64,000 nucleotides of DNA from Pelagibacteraceae bacterium AG-333-C14 (GTDB lineage: Bacteria; Pseudomonadota; Alphaproteobacteria; Pelagibacterales; AG-422-B15). The notes below the pieces were generated by a model. That model had not been told where the DNA came from, searched no databases, and saw only the letters and a list, made by a program, of their open reading frames with translations. The stretch lies in contig QBZD01000002.1 of the NCBI GenBank assembly GCA_003282485.1, positions 4,769-68,768 of the forward strand, read 5' to 3'. The position numbers were made by a program, and so were the translations under genes. Of this stretch, positions 1 through 10,595 are shown one piece after another; positions within the stretch are counted from its first letter, which is position 1, and each line of letters begins with the position of its first letter.

Positions 1-1
1 A

Positions 2-904
2 AACTTTATAGATATTAAAGATTTTACTGCTGAAGAAATTACTGAATTGCTTAATTCAGCGATAGAAAATAAAAATCAAAACGCTATCTCAGAAAAACTA
101 TTGTCTGGAAAAAACTTAATTTTATTTTTTGAGAAAAATTCTACAAGAACAAGACTTTCATTTGATCTTGCAGTTAAACAACTTGGTGGATCATCAATTA
201 TACTTAATGATTCAGATATTCATTTGAGTAGTGGCAAGGAAAGTCTCTCAGACACCATTAAGACTTTCAGTCTCTATTCTGACGGGGTTGTAATGCGAGT
301 AAATAATCACCAGACCATATTAGATACTTTAGAAGTTTCAAGTGTACCGATTATGAATGGACTTTCAAATTTATCTCATCCGTGCCAATGCATGGCGGGT
401 CTCATGACCATCATTGAAGAAAAAGGTTCTCTAGAAAATTTGAATATTACTTGGTTTGGGCCTATAACCAATGTAGCGCATTCATGGATTGAAGCTTATT
501 CTAAAAATTTAGGATTTAAACTAAGCATCTTTTCACCTGACAGGTCGAAAGATTTATACTTATCAAAAATTAGTAAACACAAAGAAAACATAAATGTAGA
601 AAGTATTATTCATAATCAAATTGACAATGAAATTTTATCTACAGCTGATGTGATTATGACAGATACGTGGCAGTCTATGGGTGAAAAATCTGACGAAAAT
701 GTGATTAAAGAGCTAAACGGCTTCAGAGTAACAAAATCCTTAATGGATAAGGCAAAAGACGATTGTATATTCACGCATTGCTTACCTGCAAATAGGGGTC
801 AAGAAGTTGAGGAGTCAGTAATTGATGGAGCAAACTCAAGAATTTGGGAAGAGGCGTCAAATAGACTCCATATACAAAAGCAAATTCTTAGAAGATTAAT
901 ATAG
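2..904 (+). CDS. argF: ornithine carbamoyltransferase, 5' end cut by the window edge
   Basis: The reading frame is open from nt 2 (NFIDIKDFTAEEITELLNSA...), so the TTG at 47 in the ORF track is internal. Carbamoyltransferase motifs are present: 'STRTR', 'HPCQ', the OTCase-type 'DTWQSMG' and 'HCLPANRGQEV'. Confidence 0.85.
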   Translation, partial: NFIDIKDFTAEEITELLNSAIENKNQNAISEKLLSGKNLILFFEKNSTRTRLSFDLAVKQLGGSSIILNDSDIHLSSGKESLSDTIKTFSLYSDGVVMRVNNHQTILDTLEVSSVPIMNGLSNLSHPCQCMAGLMTIIEEKGSLENLNITWFGPITNVAHSWIEAYSKNLGFKLSIFSPDRSKDLYLSKISKHKENINVESIIHNQIDNEILSTADVIMTDTWQSMGEKSDENVIKELNGFRVTKSLMDKAKDDCIFTHCLPANRGQEVEESVIDGANSRIWEEASNRLHIQKQILRRLI

Positions 905-2356
905 TTATTTTTTCCAGAAGGCGGGATGAAGAATTACGAGAACAGTCAGTATCTCAAGTCTTCCTAATAACATTGAAAAAATTAATACCCATTTTGCAAA
1001 TGTACTGATTTCATAAAAGGAATTCTCAGGACCAATCATTTCGCCAAGACCAGGCCCAACATTTGCAAGTGATGTCGCAGCAGCCGACAAACTAGTAACA
1101 AAATCTAGCTCTGTTGTAGAAAGTAATAATGTAATAACAATGAAACTCAAAATAAAAATAAAGAAAAAGCTCATTACTGAAGAAGTTACATCCTCTTCAA
1201 TTTTTTTATGATTATAGTGAGGAACAAAAACTCCGTGAGGATGAAGCAGTTTTTGAATTTGCATTTTTAATGTTTGAAATAAAATTTGAAATCTAAATAC
1301 TTTTATTCCACATGTTGTTGAGCCAGCACAACCGCCTATGAACATTCCAAAAAATAAAAGATAAATTGGAAAAGGTCCCCATAAATTATAATTATCAGAT
1401 GTATAACCAGTCCCAGTAACTATAGAAATAACATTAAATGCCCCACTTCTAATTGCTTCTTCAATATCTTTTATTTCCATGAACCATAAGTATAAAATTA
1501 CCAATAGGGAGCTAAATAATATTATACCAAGAAAAGTAATTATCTGTGTATCTGATATAATTCTTTTAAATCCATCTTTGAATGCTTCAAGATAAATTAA
1601 TATTGGAAGACTACTCAGTACCATAAAAATTATTGCGACATATTCTAAAGACTTACTGTTAAAACTAGCAAATGAATTATTTTGAGTTGAAAATCCCCCA
1701 GTTGCGATTGTGGTCATTGAGTGAACTAGTGCATCAAAGAAATTCATCCCTCCTAACCAATATGCAACCAAGCAAATGAATGTGAGTAGTAAATAAATCA
1801 AGATAACGGCAGAGGCTATCTGAGCTGTTCTAGGCAGAAGCTTATCTGTTGTGTCTGAGCTTTCTGCTCTGAACACCTGCATCCCTCCAACCCGAAGAAC
1901 TGGCAAAATACTTACAGCCATTACGATAATCCCGATGCCACCCATCCATTGCAATAAACCTCTCCATATTAATATTCCTCCAGTTAATGACTCAACATTT
2001 TGAATTACACTTGATCCAGTTGTAGTAATTCCTGACATTGATTCAAATACTGAATTGGTAATATTCAATCCGTTTTCAGAGAAGTAAAATGGTAAAGCAC
2101 CAAATATACTAATTGATAACCAAGATAATGATGTAATTAGGAATGCATCCTGCATCAAAATCTTATTATTTTCTTCGTTACGAGTGGAAATTAGGAATGT
2201 AACACCAAATCCAAATGTTATTATCGCACTAGTAATAAAAGATTTCCAAGTATCATTACCCATTCCAAGATCAATTATCACTGGAATAAGCATTACGAGA
2301 CTAAGGGCGATTAAAAGATACCCTAATACATTAAGTATTATCTTAAAATTTATCAT
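905..2356 (-). CDS. trkH: Trk-type K+ uptake membrane subunit TrkH
   Basis: 483-aa polytopic membrane protein with four repeated pore-loop-like segments ('SGITTTGSS', 'TIATGGFST', 'VTGTGYTS', 'TTCGIKV'), typical of TrkH/KtrB. It converges on argF with a 0-nt gap. Confidence 0.85.
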   Translation of the reverse strand: MINFKIILNVLGYLLIALSLVMLIPVIIDLGMGNDTWKSFITSAIITFGFGVTFLISTRNEENNKILMQDAFLITSLSWLSISIFGALPFYFSENGLNITNSVFESMSGITTTGSSVIQNVESLTGGILIWRGLLQWMGGIGIIVMAVSILPVLRVGGMQVFRAESSDTTDKLLPRTAQIASAVILIYLLLTFICLVAYWLGGMNFFDALVHSMTTIATGGFSTQNNSFASFNSKSLEYVAIIFMVLSSLPILIYLEAFKDGFKRIISDTQIITFLGIILFSSLLVILYLWFMEIKDIEEAIRSGAFNVISIVTGTGYTSDNYNLWGPFPIYLLFFGMFIGGCAGSTTCGIKVFRFQILFQTLKMQIQKLLHPHGVFVPHYNHKKIEEDVTSSVMSFFFIFILSFIVITLLLSTTELDFVTSLSAAATSLANVGPGLGEMIGPENSFYEISTFAKWVLIFSMLLGRLEILTVLVILHPAFWKK

Positions 2357-2368
2357 TAAAATAATTTA

Positions 2369-2974
2369 TTAATTTTTTTTGAGAATAGATCCTTGATTGA
2401 TCATACTATAAAACTCTCTTCTTGTAGAGGAGTCAGTTCTAAATTTACCTAAGAGTTGGCTAGTAACCATTGAAATACCAGGAGTACCTATTCCTCTAGT
2501 CGTCATACATTGATGTTGTGCTTCAACTACCACTGCCACACCTTTCGGTTTAAGGACATCCTGAATACAATTAGCTATTTGAGCGGTAAGCTTTTCCTGA
2601 ATTTGCATCCTTTTCATATAAATGCGAGTTATTCTTGCAAGCTTGCTTATTCCTACAACTCTTTTATTTGGAAGGTAGGCAACATGTGCGGAGCCGATAA
2701 AAGGAGCAATATGGTGCTCGCAGTGTGACTCAATCCTGATGTCTCGGAGCATAATAATTTCATCATAACCCTCAAGTTCATCAAAAGTTTTTTTTAAAAC
2801 TTCTTTAGGATCATCATTGTAACCTGCAAACCAGTCTTCATAAGCCTTGACGACTCTCTTAGGGGTTTCTAATAAACCAGGCCTATTAGCGTCTTCTCCG
2901 ACAAAAGATAATAAGGTTTTAACAGCAGCCTCTGCTTCTTGACGAGTTGGCTTTGTATTTTTCTTTTTTTTCAT
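2369..2974 (-). CDS. folE: GTP cyclohydrolase I
   Basis: 201 aa, with 'ESHCEHHIAPFIG' and 'QIQEKLTAQIA' FolE-type signatures. Confidence 0.9.
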   Translation of the reverse strand: MKKKKNTKPTRQEAEAAVKTLLSFVGEDANRPGLLETPKRVVKAYEDWFAGYNDDPKEVLKKTFDELEGYDEIIMLRDIRIESHCEHHIAPFIGSAHVAYLPNKRVVGISKLARITRIYMKRMQIQEKLTAQIANCIQDVLKPKGVAVVVEAQHQCMTTRGIGTPGISMVTSQLLGKFRTDSSTRREFYSMINQGSILKKN

Positions 2975-3108
2975 GATTTTGAAGTCAGATTACTATATGA
3001 AAATCCATAAAATATATAGTTTAATTATTTGCTAAAAAAACAAATAAATTATCTAAATAGTCAAAAATAGAAGAAATATGTTAATTTTTCAGTGATTTAA
3101 AGAATAAT

Positions 3109-4683
3109 ATGATAATGTCCAGAAGTATGTCTTCCATAGATGAAATCAGTAAAGATGCAAAAGCATGGCCTTTTATTGAGGCAAAAAAAATAATAAAAAA
3201 AGCTCAAGCAAATAATAAACACAAAATTAGATTGCAAACTGGGTATGGTCCAAGTGGATTACCACATATTGGAACATTTGGTGAGGTAGCCAGAACAACA
3301 ATGATTTTAAATGCCATAAAGTCATTATCAGAAATTGAAGTGGAACTCGTTGCTTTCTCAGATGATATGGATGGACTTAGAAAAGTTCCTGACAATGTTC
3401 CTAATAAAAATATATTAGAGGAACATCTTCATAAACCACTCACTTCAATTCCAGATCCATTTGAGACAAGTAAGAGTTTTGGAGATCACAATAATGAAAT
3501 GCTGCAGCAGTTTTTAGATAACTTTGGTTTTAAGTATACATTTAAAAGTGCTACTGAACTTTATACTTCAGGGTATTTTGATGAACAATTAATCAATGTA
3601 CTAAAAAATTATGAGTCGATAAAAAATATTATTCTTCCAACATTAGGCGAGGAACGAAGAAAAACATATAGTCCATTTCTTCCAATATGCCCAGAGTCTG
3701 GACATGTTCTTGAAGTTGAAATTATTTCAATTAATCCTGATAAAAATACAATTACATATGTAAATAAAAACAAAGAAGTTGAGCAATCTATCTTAAAAGG
3801 AAAATGCAAACTTCAATGGAAAGTTGATTGGGCAATGCGGTGGGGCGCTCTTGATATTGATTATGAGATGTACGGAAAAGATTTAATACCTACGTTTCAG
3901 CTTTCTGCAAAAGTAAGCCGAGCACTTGGTTATGCGCCTCCAGAAAATTATTTTTATGAACTATTTCTTGATCAAAATGGAGAAAAAATATCCAAATCTA
4001 AAGGCAATGGTCTCACTATAGAGGAATGGTTGTCATACGCACCTAAAGAAACATTAAGCTATTTTATGTATCAAAACCCAAGAAGAGCTAAGAAACTCTT
4101 TCATGACATCATTCCAAAGTCATCTGATGAGTTCTTAAGCCATTTAAACAAATTTAATACGCAATCTGATCAAGAGCAGATTGAAAACCCAGTTTGGCAC
4201 ATAATGAATGGTGAAAACTCTATAGGAAATGTAAATGTAACATACAACCTTATATTAAATCTTGTTGCTGCGAGTGGAAAAAATGATCCTGCAATTATTT
4301 TAGATTTTGTTAAGAAATATGATGAAAATATTAATAGTTCTAATAGGCAATTCATCAATGACTTAATAAAAGGGGCAATTAATTTTGAAAGAGACATTAC
4401 TTCAGAACAAATAAATTATAAGACCCCATCTAGCGAAGAAAGAAAAATCTTTGAGGATCTAATAAATAGATTGCGTAGTCAGGCAGAAAGTGCAGATGCC
4501 GAAACCATTCAAACTGAGATATATCAAATAGGAAAAGATCATGATTTTGAAAACCTCAGGGATTGGTTTAAACTTATTTATCAAGTGCTTTTTGGCAAAG
4601 AAGACGGACCCAGATTTGGAACTTTTATTGCGATATATGGAATAAAACAGACAATTGAGTTAATCGAAGAAAAATTAAAATAA
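3109..4683 (+). CDS. lysK: lysine--tRNA ligase, class I
   Basis: 524 aa. 'PSGLPHIGTFGE' is HIGH-like and 'KISKSKGNG' is KMSKS-like, giving the class I LysRS architecture. The true start may be one of the Met codons 2-5 residues downstream. Confidence 0.85.
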   Translation: MIMSRSMSSIDEISKDAKAWPFIEAKKIIKKAQANNKHKIRLQTGYGPSGLPHIGTFGEVARTTMILNAIKSLSEIEVELVAFSDDMDGLRKVPDNVPNKNILEEHLHKPLTSIPDPFETSKSFGDHNNEMLQQFLDNFGFKYTFKSATELYTSGYFDEQLINVLKNYESIKNIILPTLGEERRKTYSPFLPICPESGHVLEVEIISINPDKNTITYVNKNKEVEQSILKGKCKLQWKVDWAMRWGALDIDYEMYGKDLIPTFQLSAKVSRALGYAPPENYFYELFLDQNGEKISKSKGNGLTIEEWLSYAPKETLSYFMYQNPRRAKKLFHDIIPKSSDEFLSHLNKFNTQSDQEQIENPVWHIMNGENSIGNVNVTYNLILNLVAASGKNDPAIILDFVKKYDENINSSNRQFINDLIKGAINFERDITSEQINYKTPSSEERKIFEDLINRLRSQAESADAETIQTEIYQIGKDHDFENLRDWFKLIYQVLFGKEDGPRFGTFIAIYGIKQTIELIEEKLK

Positions 4684-4691
4684 AAATTTAA

Positions 4692-5735
4692 ATGATAAGG
4701 ATATTTTTTAATATACTTAAGAACCTTGACCCTGAAGTTGCTCACAAATTAACAATAAATGCACTTAAACTTCCAAATCCATTTATTGAAAGCTGTAATG
4801 ATATCTCTATTTTAAGCAATGATATTAACGGACTCAGGTTTAAGAACCCTATTGGAATGGCTGCAGGATTTGATAAAAATGCTGAAGTTATAAATCCATT
4901 ATTCAATTTAGGATTTGGTTTCACCGAATGTGGGACTGTTACACCAAGGCCTCAATTTGGAAATGCTAAACCAAGAGTATTCCGGCTTGCATCAGATAAA
5001 GCGATTATAAATAGACTGGGATTTAATAATAATGGTATCGAAAAATTTTTGATGAATATGAGTAAATCAAATAAAAATGGAGTCCTTGGGGCAAACATTG
5101 GACCGAACAAAGACACAGAAAATTTTATTGATGATTATATTAAGCTATACACTCAAGTAATTGATTATTCAGATTACGTTACAGTAAATGTCTCTTCGCC
5201 AAACACCAAAAATTTAAGAGAGATACAAGAACACGATACACTAAACGCATTACTTAGCGAGTTGTCTCAATTAAGAGAAAACATGAAGACACAAAAAAAA
5301 ATCATCCTAAAAATTGATCCTGATAGTACGAAACAGCATTACAGCATGATACTTAATTTAGTTCAGAAATATAAAATTGACGGTTTAATAGCTACTAATA
5401 CCACTATTTCTCGTCCTCATGATTTAATGGACGAGTATAAAGATGAAGAGGGAGGCATATCAGGACAGCCACTTAAAGAATTATCGAATAAAGTGTTAAG
5501 CTTTCTTTCAAAAGAAACAAATAGAGAATTGTTGCTTATTGGTGCTGGAGGTATTTCAAACGCAGAGGATGTTTATACTAAAATTAAGTTAGGTGCATCA
5601 TTAGTCCAATTGTATACAGCTCTTACTTTCAATGGACCACAAATGATAAATAAGATTAAAAAAGATTTATCATTACTTTTGCAAAATGATGGGTACAAAA
5701 ATATTGCAGATGCAGTAGGGATTATTCATTCATGA
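4692..5735 (+). CDS. pyrD: dihydroorotate dehydrogenase (quinone), class 2
   Basis: 347 aa with 'GFDKNAE', 'GTVTPRPQFGNAKPRVFRL', 'NRLGFNNNG' and 'NVSSPNT'. Confidence 0.9.
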   Translation: MIRIFFNILKNLDPEVAHKLTINALKLPNPFIESCNDISILSNDINGLRFKNPIGMAAGFDKNAEVINPLFNLGFGFTECGTVTPRPQFGNAKPRVFRLASDKAIINRLGFNNNGIEKFLMNMSKSNKNGVLGANIGPNKDTENFIDDYIKLYTQVIDYSDYVTVNVSSPNTKNLREIQEHDTLNALLSELSQLRENMKTQKKIILKIDPDSTKQHYSMILNLVQKYKIDGLIATNTTISRPHDLMDEYKDEEGGISGQPLKELSNKVLSFLSKETNRELLLIGAGGISNAEDVYTKIKLGASLVQLYTALTFNGPQMINKIKKDLSLLLQNDGYKNIADAVGIIHS

Positions 5736-6346
5736 ACAAAATAATGGATATTCCATTTCATCAAAGAAAAAGACAAATTAACAAAAAAAATAACCGAGAG
5801 TCCATTATAACTTCCTCAAGAAAAATTCTTACAGAAAAAGGCATTGATAATGCAAGCGTTAGAGAAATCGTATCAATCGCCAACCTTGGTTCTGGTACAT
5901 TCTATAACTACTTTGATGACAAAAATGCTGTTTTTTTGATAATTATTGAAAGACTTGTAAGTGAATTTAGTGATTATTTTATGAAAAAAATAAATGAAGC
6001 TCGAACTTTTGATCAGATTGTTGAGATAGCCTTTAGTAGTTGGTTTAATTGGATTTTAGATGAAGAAGAAAATTACTTATTCATAAAGAATAACAGAAAA
6101 TACATACTGGATTTAAAGTGGCTTTCCGCTAATTCAAAGGAGTATGCAAGATTTAATAATAATCTATATGAATTTGTGATAGATATTTCAAAAAAAACAA
6201 AATTTCCTCAAAACGATATTTCTTTTATGATTACATCTGTCATGGCAGTATGTATAAATCTCGGCGATGAAATGTTGACACGAAGTGATGTATCACCTGA
6301 TGATGCTTCAAACTTTGCGACCAAACTTTTTTTGAAGGGTTTATAA
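5732..6346 (+). CDS. TetR/AcrR family transcriptional regulator
   Basis: 204 aa. N-terminal HTH 'ASVREIVSIANLGSGTFYNYFDDK' is typical of TetR. 4-nt overlap with pyrD. Confidence 0.75.
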   Translation: MNKIMDIPFHQRKRQINKKNNRESIITSSRKILTEKGIDNASVREIVSIANLGSGTFYNYFDDKNAVFLIIIERLVSEFSDYFMKKINEARTFDQIVEIAFSSWFNWILDEEENYLFIKNNRKYILDLKWLSANSKEYARFNNNLYEFVIDISKKTKFPQNDISFMITSVMAVCINLGDEMLTRSDVSPDDASNFATKLFLKGL

Positions 6347-6349
6347 TTT

Positions 6350-7153
6350 ATGGTAAAAAGTATATTTATTACCGGGGCGGCCTCTGGCATTGGTAAAGCA
6401 ACCGCAATATCATTTGCTGAAAAAGGCTGGAATGTTGGTTTGTTTGATATTAATGAGGAAGGTCTCAAAGATGTAGCTAATCTAATTGGACATAACAAAT
6501 GTATGTATCAAAAGCTAGATGTGACCAGTATTCAAGACTGGAAAGAAGCTGAAAAAAACTTTTCAGAATATACATCTGGAACATGCAATATTTTTTTTAA
6601 TAATGCAGGTATAGCAAATTTTGCTGGAGCTTTTGAAGATGTACCTGTTGATGAAATTCATAAAATTATAGATGTAAATTTTAAAGGCGTTGCAAATGGA
6701 TGTATTTCAATGCTGAGCTTGTTAAAGAATACAGAGAATAGCCTTCTTTTGAATACCAGTTCTGTAGCAGGTTTAGTGCCTACGCCCGGTATCGCAATCT
6801 ATGGGGCAACAAAGCACGCTGTAACTTCATTAACTGAATCTTTGAGAATTGAATATGAAAGATATGGTGTAAGAGTCTCAGAAATTAATCCCTGGTTCAC
6901 AGAGACGCCAATACTTGAAGCTAGAAATGTTTCATCTGATATGAAAAGCCAATGGGAAAGAGATTTTGTAAATGAGCGAACTAAGATATACCCAGTCTCA
7001 AAAGTTGTTGAAAAAGTTTGGCTGGCTTATCAAAGCAAGAAAATACACCATACTATAGGATTAGAAGCAAATCTTGCTTCGTTCTTTATGCGTTTTATGC
7101 CTTCTTTTGTTCGAAGAATGAGCAATAAACTTTTTAAAGATACTTTTATTTAA
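6350..7153 (+). CDS. short-chain dehydrogenase/reductase (SDR)
   Basis: 'ITGAASGIGKA' is the TGxxxGxG cofactor motif, with 'NNAG' and 'YGATKHAV' (YxxxK). Confidence 0.8.
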   Translation: MVKSIFITGAASGIGKATAISFAEKGWNVGLFDINEEGLKDVANLIGHNKCMYQKLDVTSIQDWKEAEKNFSEYTSGTCNIFFNNAGIANFAGAFEDVPVDEIHKIIDVNFKGVANGCISMLSLLKNTENSLLLNTSSVAGLVPTPGIAIYGATKHAVTSLTESLRIEYERYGVRVSEINPWFTETPILEARNVSSDMKSQWERDFVNERTKIYPVSKVVEKVWLAYQSKKIHHTIGLEANLASFFMRFMPSFVRRMSNKLFKDTFI

Positions 7154-8043
7154 ACTGATCTTTTTGCTTTGTCAGCATCATTTGATGATTTAATCATATT
7201 TCTAAGCATTTCCCATTCTTGATCTGTAACATCTTTTAACATTTCATAGAAATTTCCTGCATGATTTAGCCATTGAGCACCATCTATTGCAACGATTTCA
7301 CCTGTTAAATATTCACAGCCATCTGCCATTAAAAAAGTTGCAAGATTTGCGAGCTCGCTTAACTCACCAGTTCTTTTCATTGGAACTGAATTCATCAAGT
7401 CAGCCCCCTTACCTCCAGGTGCCAATCGATCCCAAGCTCCCTTTGTAGGAAATGGCCCAGGAGCAATTCCATTTAGTCTTATTCCTCTATTTCCCCACTC
7501 AGCTGCAAGTGATCTTGTCATTGTTGCCAAGCCAGATTTCGACATCGCAGATGGAACTGTATAAGGTCCACTACTGTCAACCCAAGTAGTTAGAATAGAA
7601 ATAATGCTTCCTTTTAGGTTTTCTTTTAACCATCTTTTACCAATGGCATTAGTCATATAAAAAGTTCCATTGAAAACAATATTCGAAATGGCAGTAAAAG
7701 CTCTTGGAGATAAATCTTCTGTTCTAGAAATAAAATTACCTGCTGCATTGTTTAGCAGTCCTGTAAGAGGTCCCTCATTCCAAATTTCATTAACCATATC
7801 CTCGATTGCTTCTGGGACTTTTATATCACATGAAATAGCTTTTACGGACCCACCGTGTAGATCCATTAATTCTTTTGCAGTTTCATCTAAAACTGATTTT
7901 CTTCGGCCGCAAATATAAATATCAGCCCCAAGCTCTAAATATCTTGTAGCCATTGCCTTTCCCAGACCAGATCCTCCACCAGAAACTAAAATTCTTTTAT
8001 CTTTTAATAAATCTTTTTGAAACATATTTACTCCTTTATCCAA
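7150..8043 (-). CDS. SDR family oxidoreductase, 2,4-dienoyl-CoA reductase-like
   Basis: 'VSGGGSGLGKA' Rossmann motif and 'NNAAGNF', about 290 aa. The start is more likely the Met at 8025 (MFQKDLL...), which removes the overlap with ccdA. Confidence 0.65.
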   Translation of the reverse strand: MDKGVNMFQKDLLKDKRILVSGGGSGLGKAMATRYLELGADIYICGRRKSVLDETAKELMDLHGGSVKAISCDIKVPEAIEDMVNEIWNEGPLTGLLNNAAGNFISRTEDLSPRAFTAISNIVFNGTFYMTNAIGKRWLKENLKGSIISILTTWVDSSGPYTVPSAMSKSGLATMTRSLAAEWGNRGIRLNGIAPGPFPTKGAWDRLAPGGKGADLMNSVPMKRTGELSELANLATFLMADGCEYLTGEIVAIDGAQWLNHAGNFYEMLKDVTDQEWEMLRNMIKSSNDADKAKRSV

Positions 8044-8767
8044 ATTGCGTTAAGAATGGAAGATACTTTATAAAAAAGAAAGCCAATTCTTGAATTCTAT
8101 TAGTTAAGATGAGAATACCAAATATTACCAGTAATATACCAGTAAAAATTTCTATAACACGAATATAATTTCTAATTTTTGTTAAAAATTTCATGAAGCT
8201 GTTTATAGCATATGCGGCGAGTAGAAATGGAATACCAAGGCCTGCTGAGTAGAGCATTAAAAGAACAATCCCATAAGTAATTGTTTCTGAGCTTGCCGCA
8301 ATTGATAGGACACTGCCTAAAATTGGCCCTATACATGGTGTCCATCCGAACGCAAAAGAGAGGCCAATTACGTATGATCCTACTATTCCAGGTCTATAGC
8401 TTTCAATTTGGTACCTTGTATCTCTATTTAGGAATGGAAGTTGGATAATTTGCATAAAATGAATACCAAAAATAATAATTATAATTCCACCAACAATTCT
8501 TAAAATATCTAAGTGTTCATAAATTAAGCCACTTAATAAAGTTGCTGACGCACCCAATAAAATGAATACAGTGGAAAATCCAAAAACAAAACTTAAAGCA
8601 AAATAAAATACATTCCTTTCTTTTGAAGCATCTTCACCTGAGGCAATCTTATCTAAGCTTGTACCAGCTAAAAAACATAAGTAGCCAGGCACAATAGGTA
8701 ATACGCAAGGTGATAAGAAACTAAGTAGTCCTGCTAGGACAACATAAAAATATGATATTTCAGCCAT
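8036..8767 (-). CDS. ccdA: cytochrome c biogenesis / thiol-disulfide transfer membrane protein, CcdA (DsbD-core) family
   Basis: 243 aa, about 6 TM, with the conserved Cys-containing TM motifs 'LSPCVLPIVPGYL' and 'WTPCIGPILG'. Confidence 0.8.
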   Translation of the reverse strand: MAEISYFYVVLAGLLSFLSPCVLPIVPGYLCFLAGTSLDKIASGEDASKERNVFYFALSFVFGFSTVFILLGASATLLSGLIYEHLDILRIVGGIIIIIFGIHFMQIIQLPFLNRDTRYQIESYRPGIVGSYVIGLSFAFGWTPCIGPILGSVLSIAASSETITYGIVLLMLYSAGLGIPFLLAAYAINSFMKFLTKIRNYIRVIEIFTGILLVIFGILILTNRIQELAFFFIKYLPFLTQFG

Positions 8768-9555
8768 TAAACTTTTCTAAATCTTTTAAATACTTCAGCG
8801 CCGCTCCAGCCTATAAGTATAGCGATTAGCAGGGAAATCAATCCATAAATTAAAGGATAGTTTTTTGAGAAGGAATAGATTGCCTCTTCAATACCTACTC
8901 TGGTTACCTTAAAATTATAAGAATATTCATTTGAAATTTTATTATCTATAATCAGGTATAAATTAACTTTATACTGACCAACAGGAACAGTATTCGGTAT
9001 CTCAATATAAGATCTAAATAAATTTCCATCAATTATATCAATTTCTCCATTAACCTTTCTGTATACATCTTCAATCTCTTTTGTTCTTATAAGTGCATCA
9101 TAAAAAGATTCTTTATCCTTTTCATTTTTGATATTTCCCCAGTCAATATTTAACACACTCCAGTCTATAAGCTGGGTGTCTTTTTTATTTAATAGACCAA
9201 TGTTGTTTTCATTCAAAAATTCATTGGTTATCTCATTTGTACTTGAAAGATAGTAAAATCCAGGCACGTCGTTAAAACCAACACTTTTTGAATTCAGCCA
9301 GAAACCAAAGAAAGATTCCTTTTTCCTTATGATCACATCTTCCGATGGACCGACTACTTCAATCAGAATGTCACTTTTATCATCTCTTGCTTGTGAGGGA
9401 TCTGAATAAAAGGCCCCAAATACAAGAAGATTTTTTCCAGAAAAATTTGCATCAATGTATATCTCCTCTTCATCAGATCCTATGACAAGCGCTGAGGCAG
9501 ACGAGATAAAAGCCAATACTAATAATGTAATAAAAAAGAATATTCTCAAATTCAT
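8767..9555 (-). CDS. conserved alphaproteobacterial exported/membrane-anchored protein (TIGR02186-like)
   Basis: 262 aa with an N-terminal signal peptide and a single C-terminal TM. It lies immediately downstream of a TauE/DUF81 gene, a pairing I recall for the TIGR02186 family. The family assignment is from memory. Confidence 0.5.
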   Translation of the reverse strand: MNLRIFFFITLLVLAFISSASALVIGSDEEEIYIDANFSGKNLLVFGAFYSDPSQARDDKSDILIEVVGPSEDVIIRKKESFFGFWLNSKSVGFNDVPGFYYLSSTNEITNEFLNENNIGLLNKKDTQLIDWSVLNIDWGNIKNEKDKESFYDALIRTKEIEDVYRKVNGEIDIIDGNLFRSYIEIPNTVPVGQYKVNLYLIIDNKISNEYSYNFKVTRVGIEEAIYSFSKNYPLIYGLISLLIAILIGWSGAEVFKRFRKV

Positions 9556-9556
9556 A

Positions 9557-10480
9557 TCAGAACAAAGCCCTTATGACAGAAATATTGAAAATCTCACTTG
9601 GCTCCACTAGTAAGTCTAATGCTATTTTAGTTGCAACACCTAACACTATAATTGCAAGAAGCGCTCTAATTTCTTCACCTCGAAGTTTATTAGCAGCCAA
9701 TACACCTACCTGAGCTCCGATTACTGAAGAAATTATTAAAAAGAATGCGAGAACAGCATCAACTGCGAATGTAGTAGTAGCGTGCAATAATGTGACAAGC
9801 GCAGTAACAAAAATAATTTGAAACAATGAAGTACCAATTACTTTTGATGTAGGCATTCCAAGAAAATAAATCATAGCAGGAATTAAAATAAATGTTCCTC
9901 CAATTCCCATTGTTGCTGATAAAATACCAATTACGAATCCGATGATGATAGGAGGTATGGCACTAATATATAGTTTAGATTTATAGAATTTAATTTTGAA
10001 GGGTAGTTTATGTGCCCAATTATGGTAATGAATTTTTCTCTTTACCGTTTTCCTTCTTACTCGATCCCTAATCACTTGAGAACTTTCAATGAGCATAATC
10101 AACCCAATTGAGGTAAGGAGAGAAAAATATAAAATTGATATAACAGTATCAATCTGACCTAGCGCTACTAATTTACTGAAGATCCATACCCCTAAAATTG
10201 ATCCAAAAAATGAGCCAATTAGCAATACCCCTCCCATTTTAAAATCAACCAACCCCTGGCGCCAATAGCCTATTGTTCCTGAAATTGAAGAAGCTACAAT
10301 TTGGTTAGCAGATGTGGCAACGGCTACATTTGTTGGAATCCCCATAAAAATGAGGATTGGAGTCATTAAAAAACCTCCACCCAAACCAAACATCCCTGAC
10401 AAAAAACCGACTACGCCACCTAAAGATAGCAATAAAAAAATATTTACTGAGAGCTCTGCAATTGGCAGATAAATACTCAT
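9557..10480 (-). CDS. TauE/SafE (DUF81) family anion/sulfite exporter
   Basis: 307 aa, about 8 TM, with an internal duplication carrying 'GLGGGFLMTP' and 'GIGGTFILIP'. Confidence 0.75.
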   Translation of the reverse strand: MSIYLPIAELSVNIFLLLSLGGVVGFLSGMFGLGGGFLMTPILIFMGIPTNVAVATSANQIVASSISGTIGYWRQGLVDFKMGGVLLIGSFFGSILGVWIFSKLVALGQIDTVISILYFSLLTSIGLIMLIESSQVIRDRVRRKTVKRKIHYHNWAHKLPFKIKFYKSKLYISAIPPIIIGFVIGILSATMGIGGTFILIPAMIYFLGMPTSKVIGTSLFQIIFVTALVTLLHATTTFAVDAVLAFFLIISSVIGAQVGVLAANKLRGEEIRALLAIIVLGVATKIALDLLVEPSEIFNISVIRALF

Positions 10481-10595
10481 ACCTTCACACTTTTCAGACT
10501 TTCCCCTATGATATGGATAGCAAAATTAGAAATTTGCAATTTATTAGACAATGGTTATATATTTAAATTAAATTACAATAATTATTCATAAACCT

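Noticed and set aside
2184-2372. A 62-aa + strand ORF, and similar short ORFs in the track that overlap larger genes on the opposite strand (for example 2510-2728, 3204-3395, 6208-6498, 7670-7918, 10688-10957, 18147-18803, 33096-33425, 34667-34923, 37342-37662, 61358-61692).
   Set aside because: Each is fully embedded antisense to, or out of frame with, a long ORF with clear family motifs. They have no ribosome-binding site and low-complexity translations.
2975-3108. A THF-II (folE motif) riboswitch upstream of folE.
   Set aside because: The 134-nt spacer is almost pure A/T. It has no plausible conserved hairpin and no complementary G/C segments.
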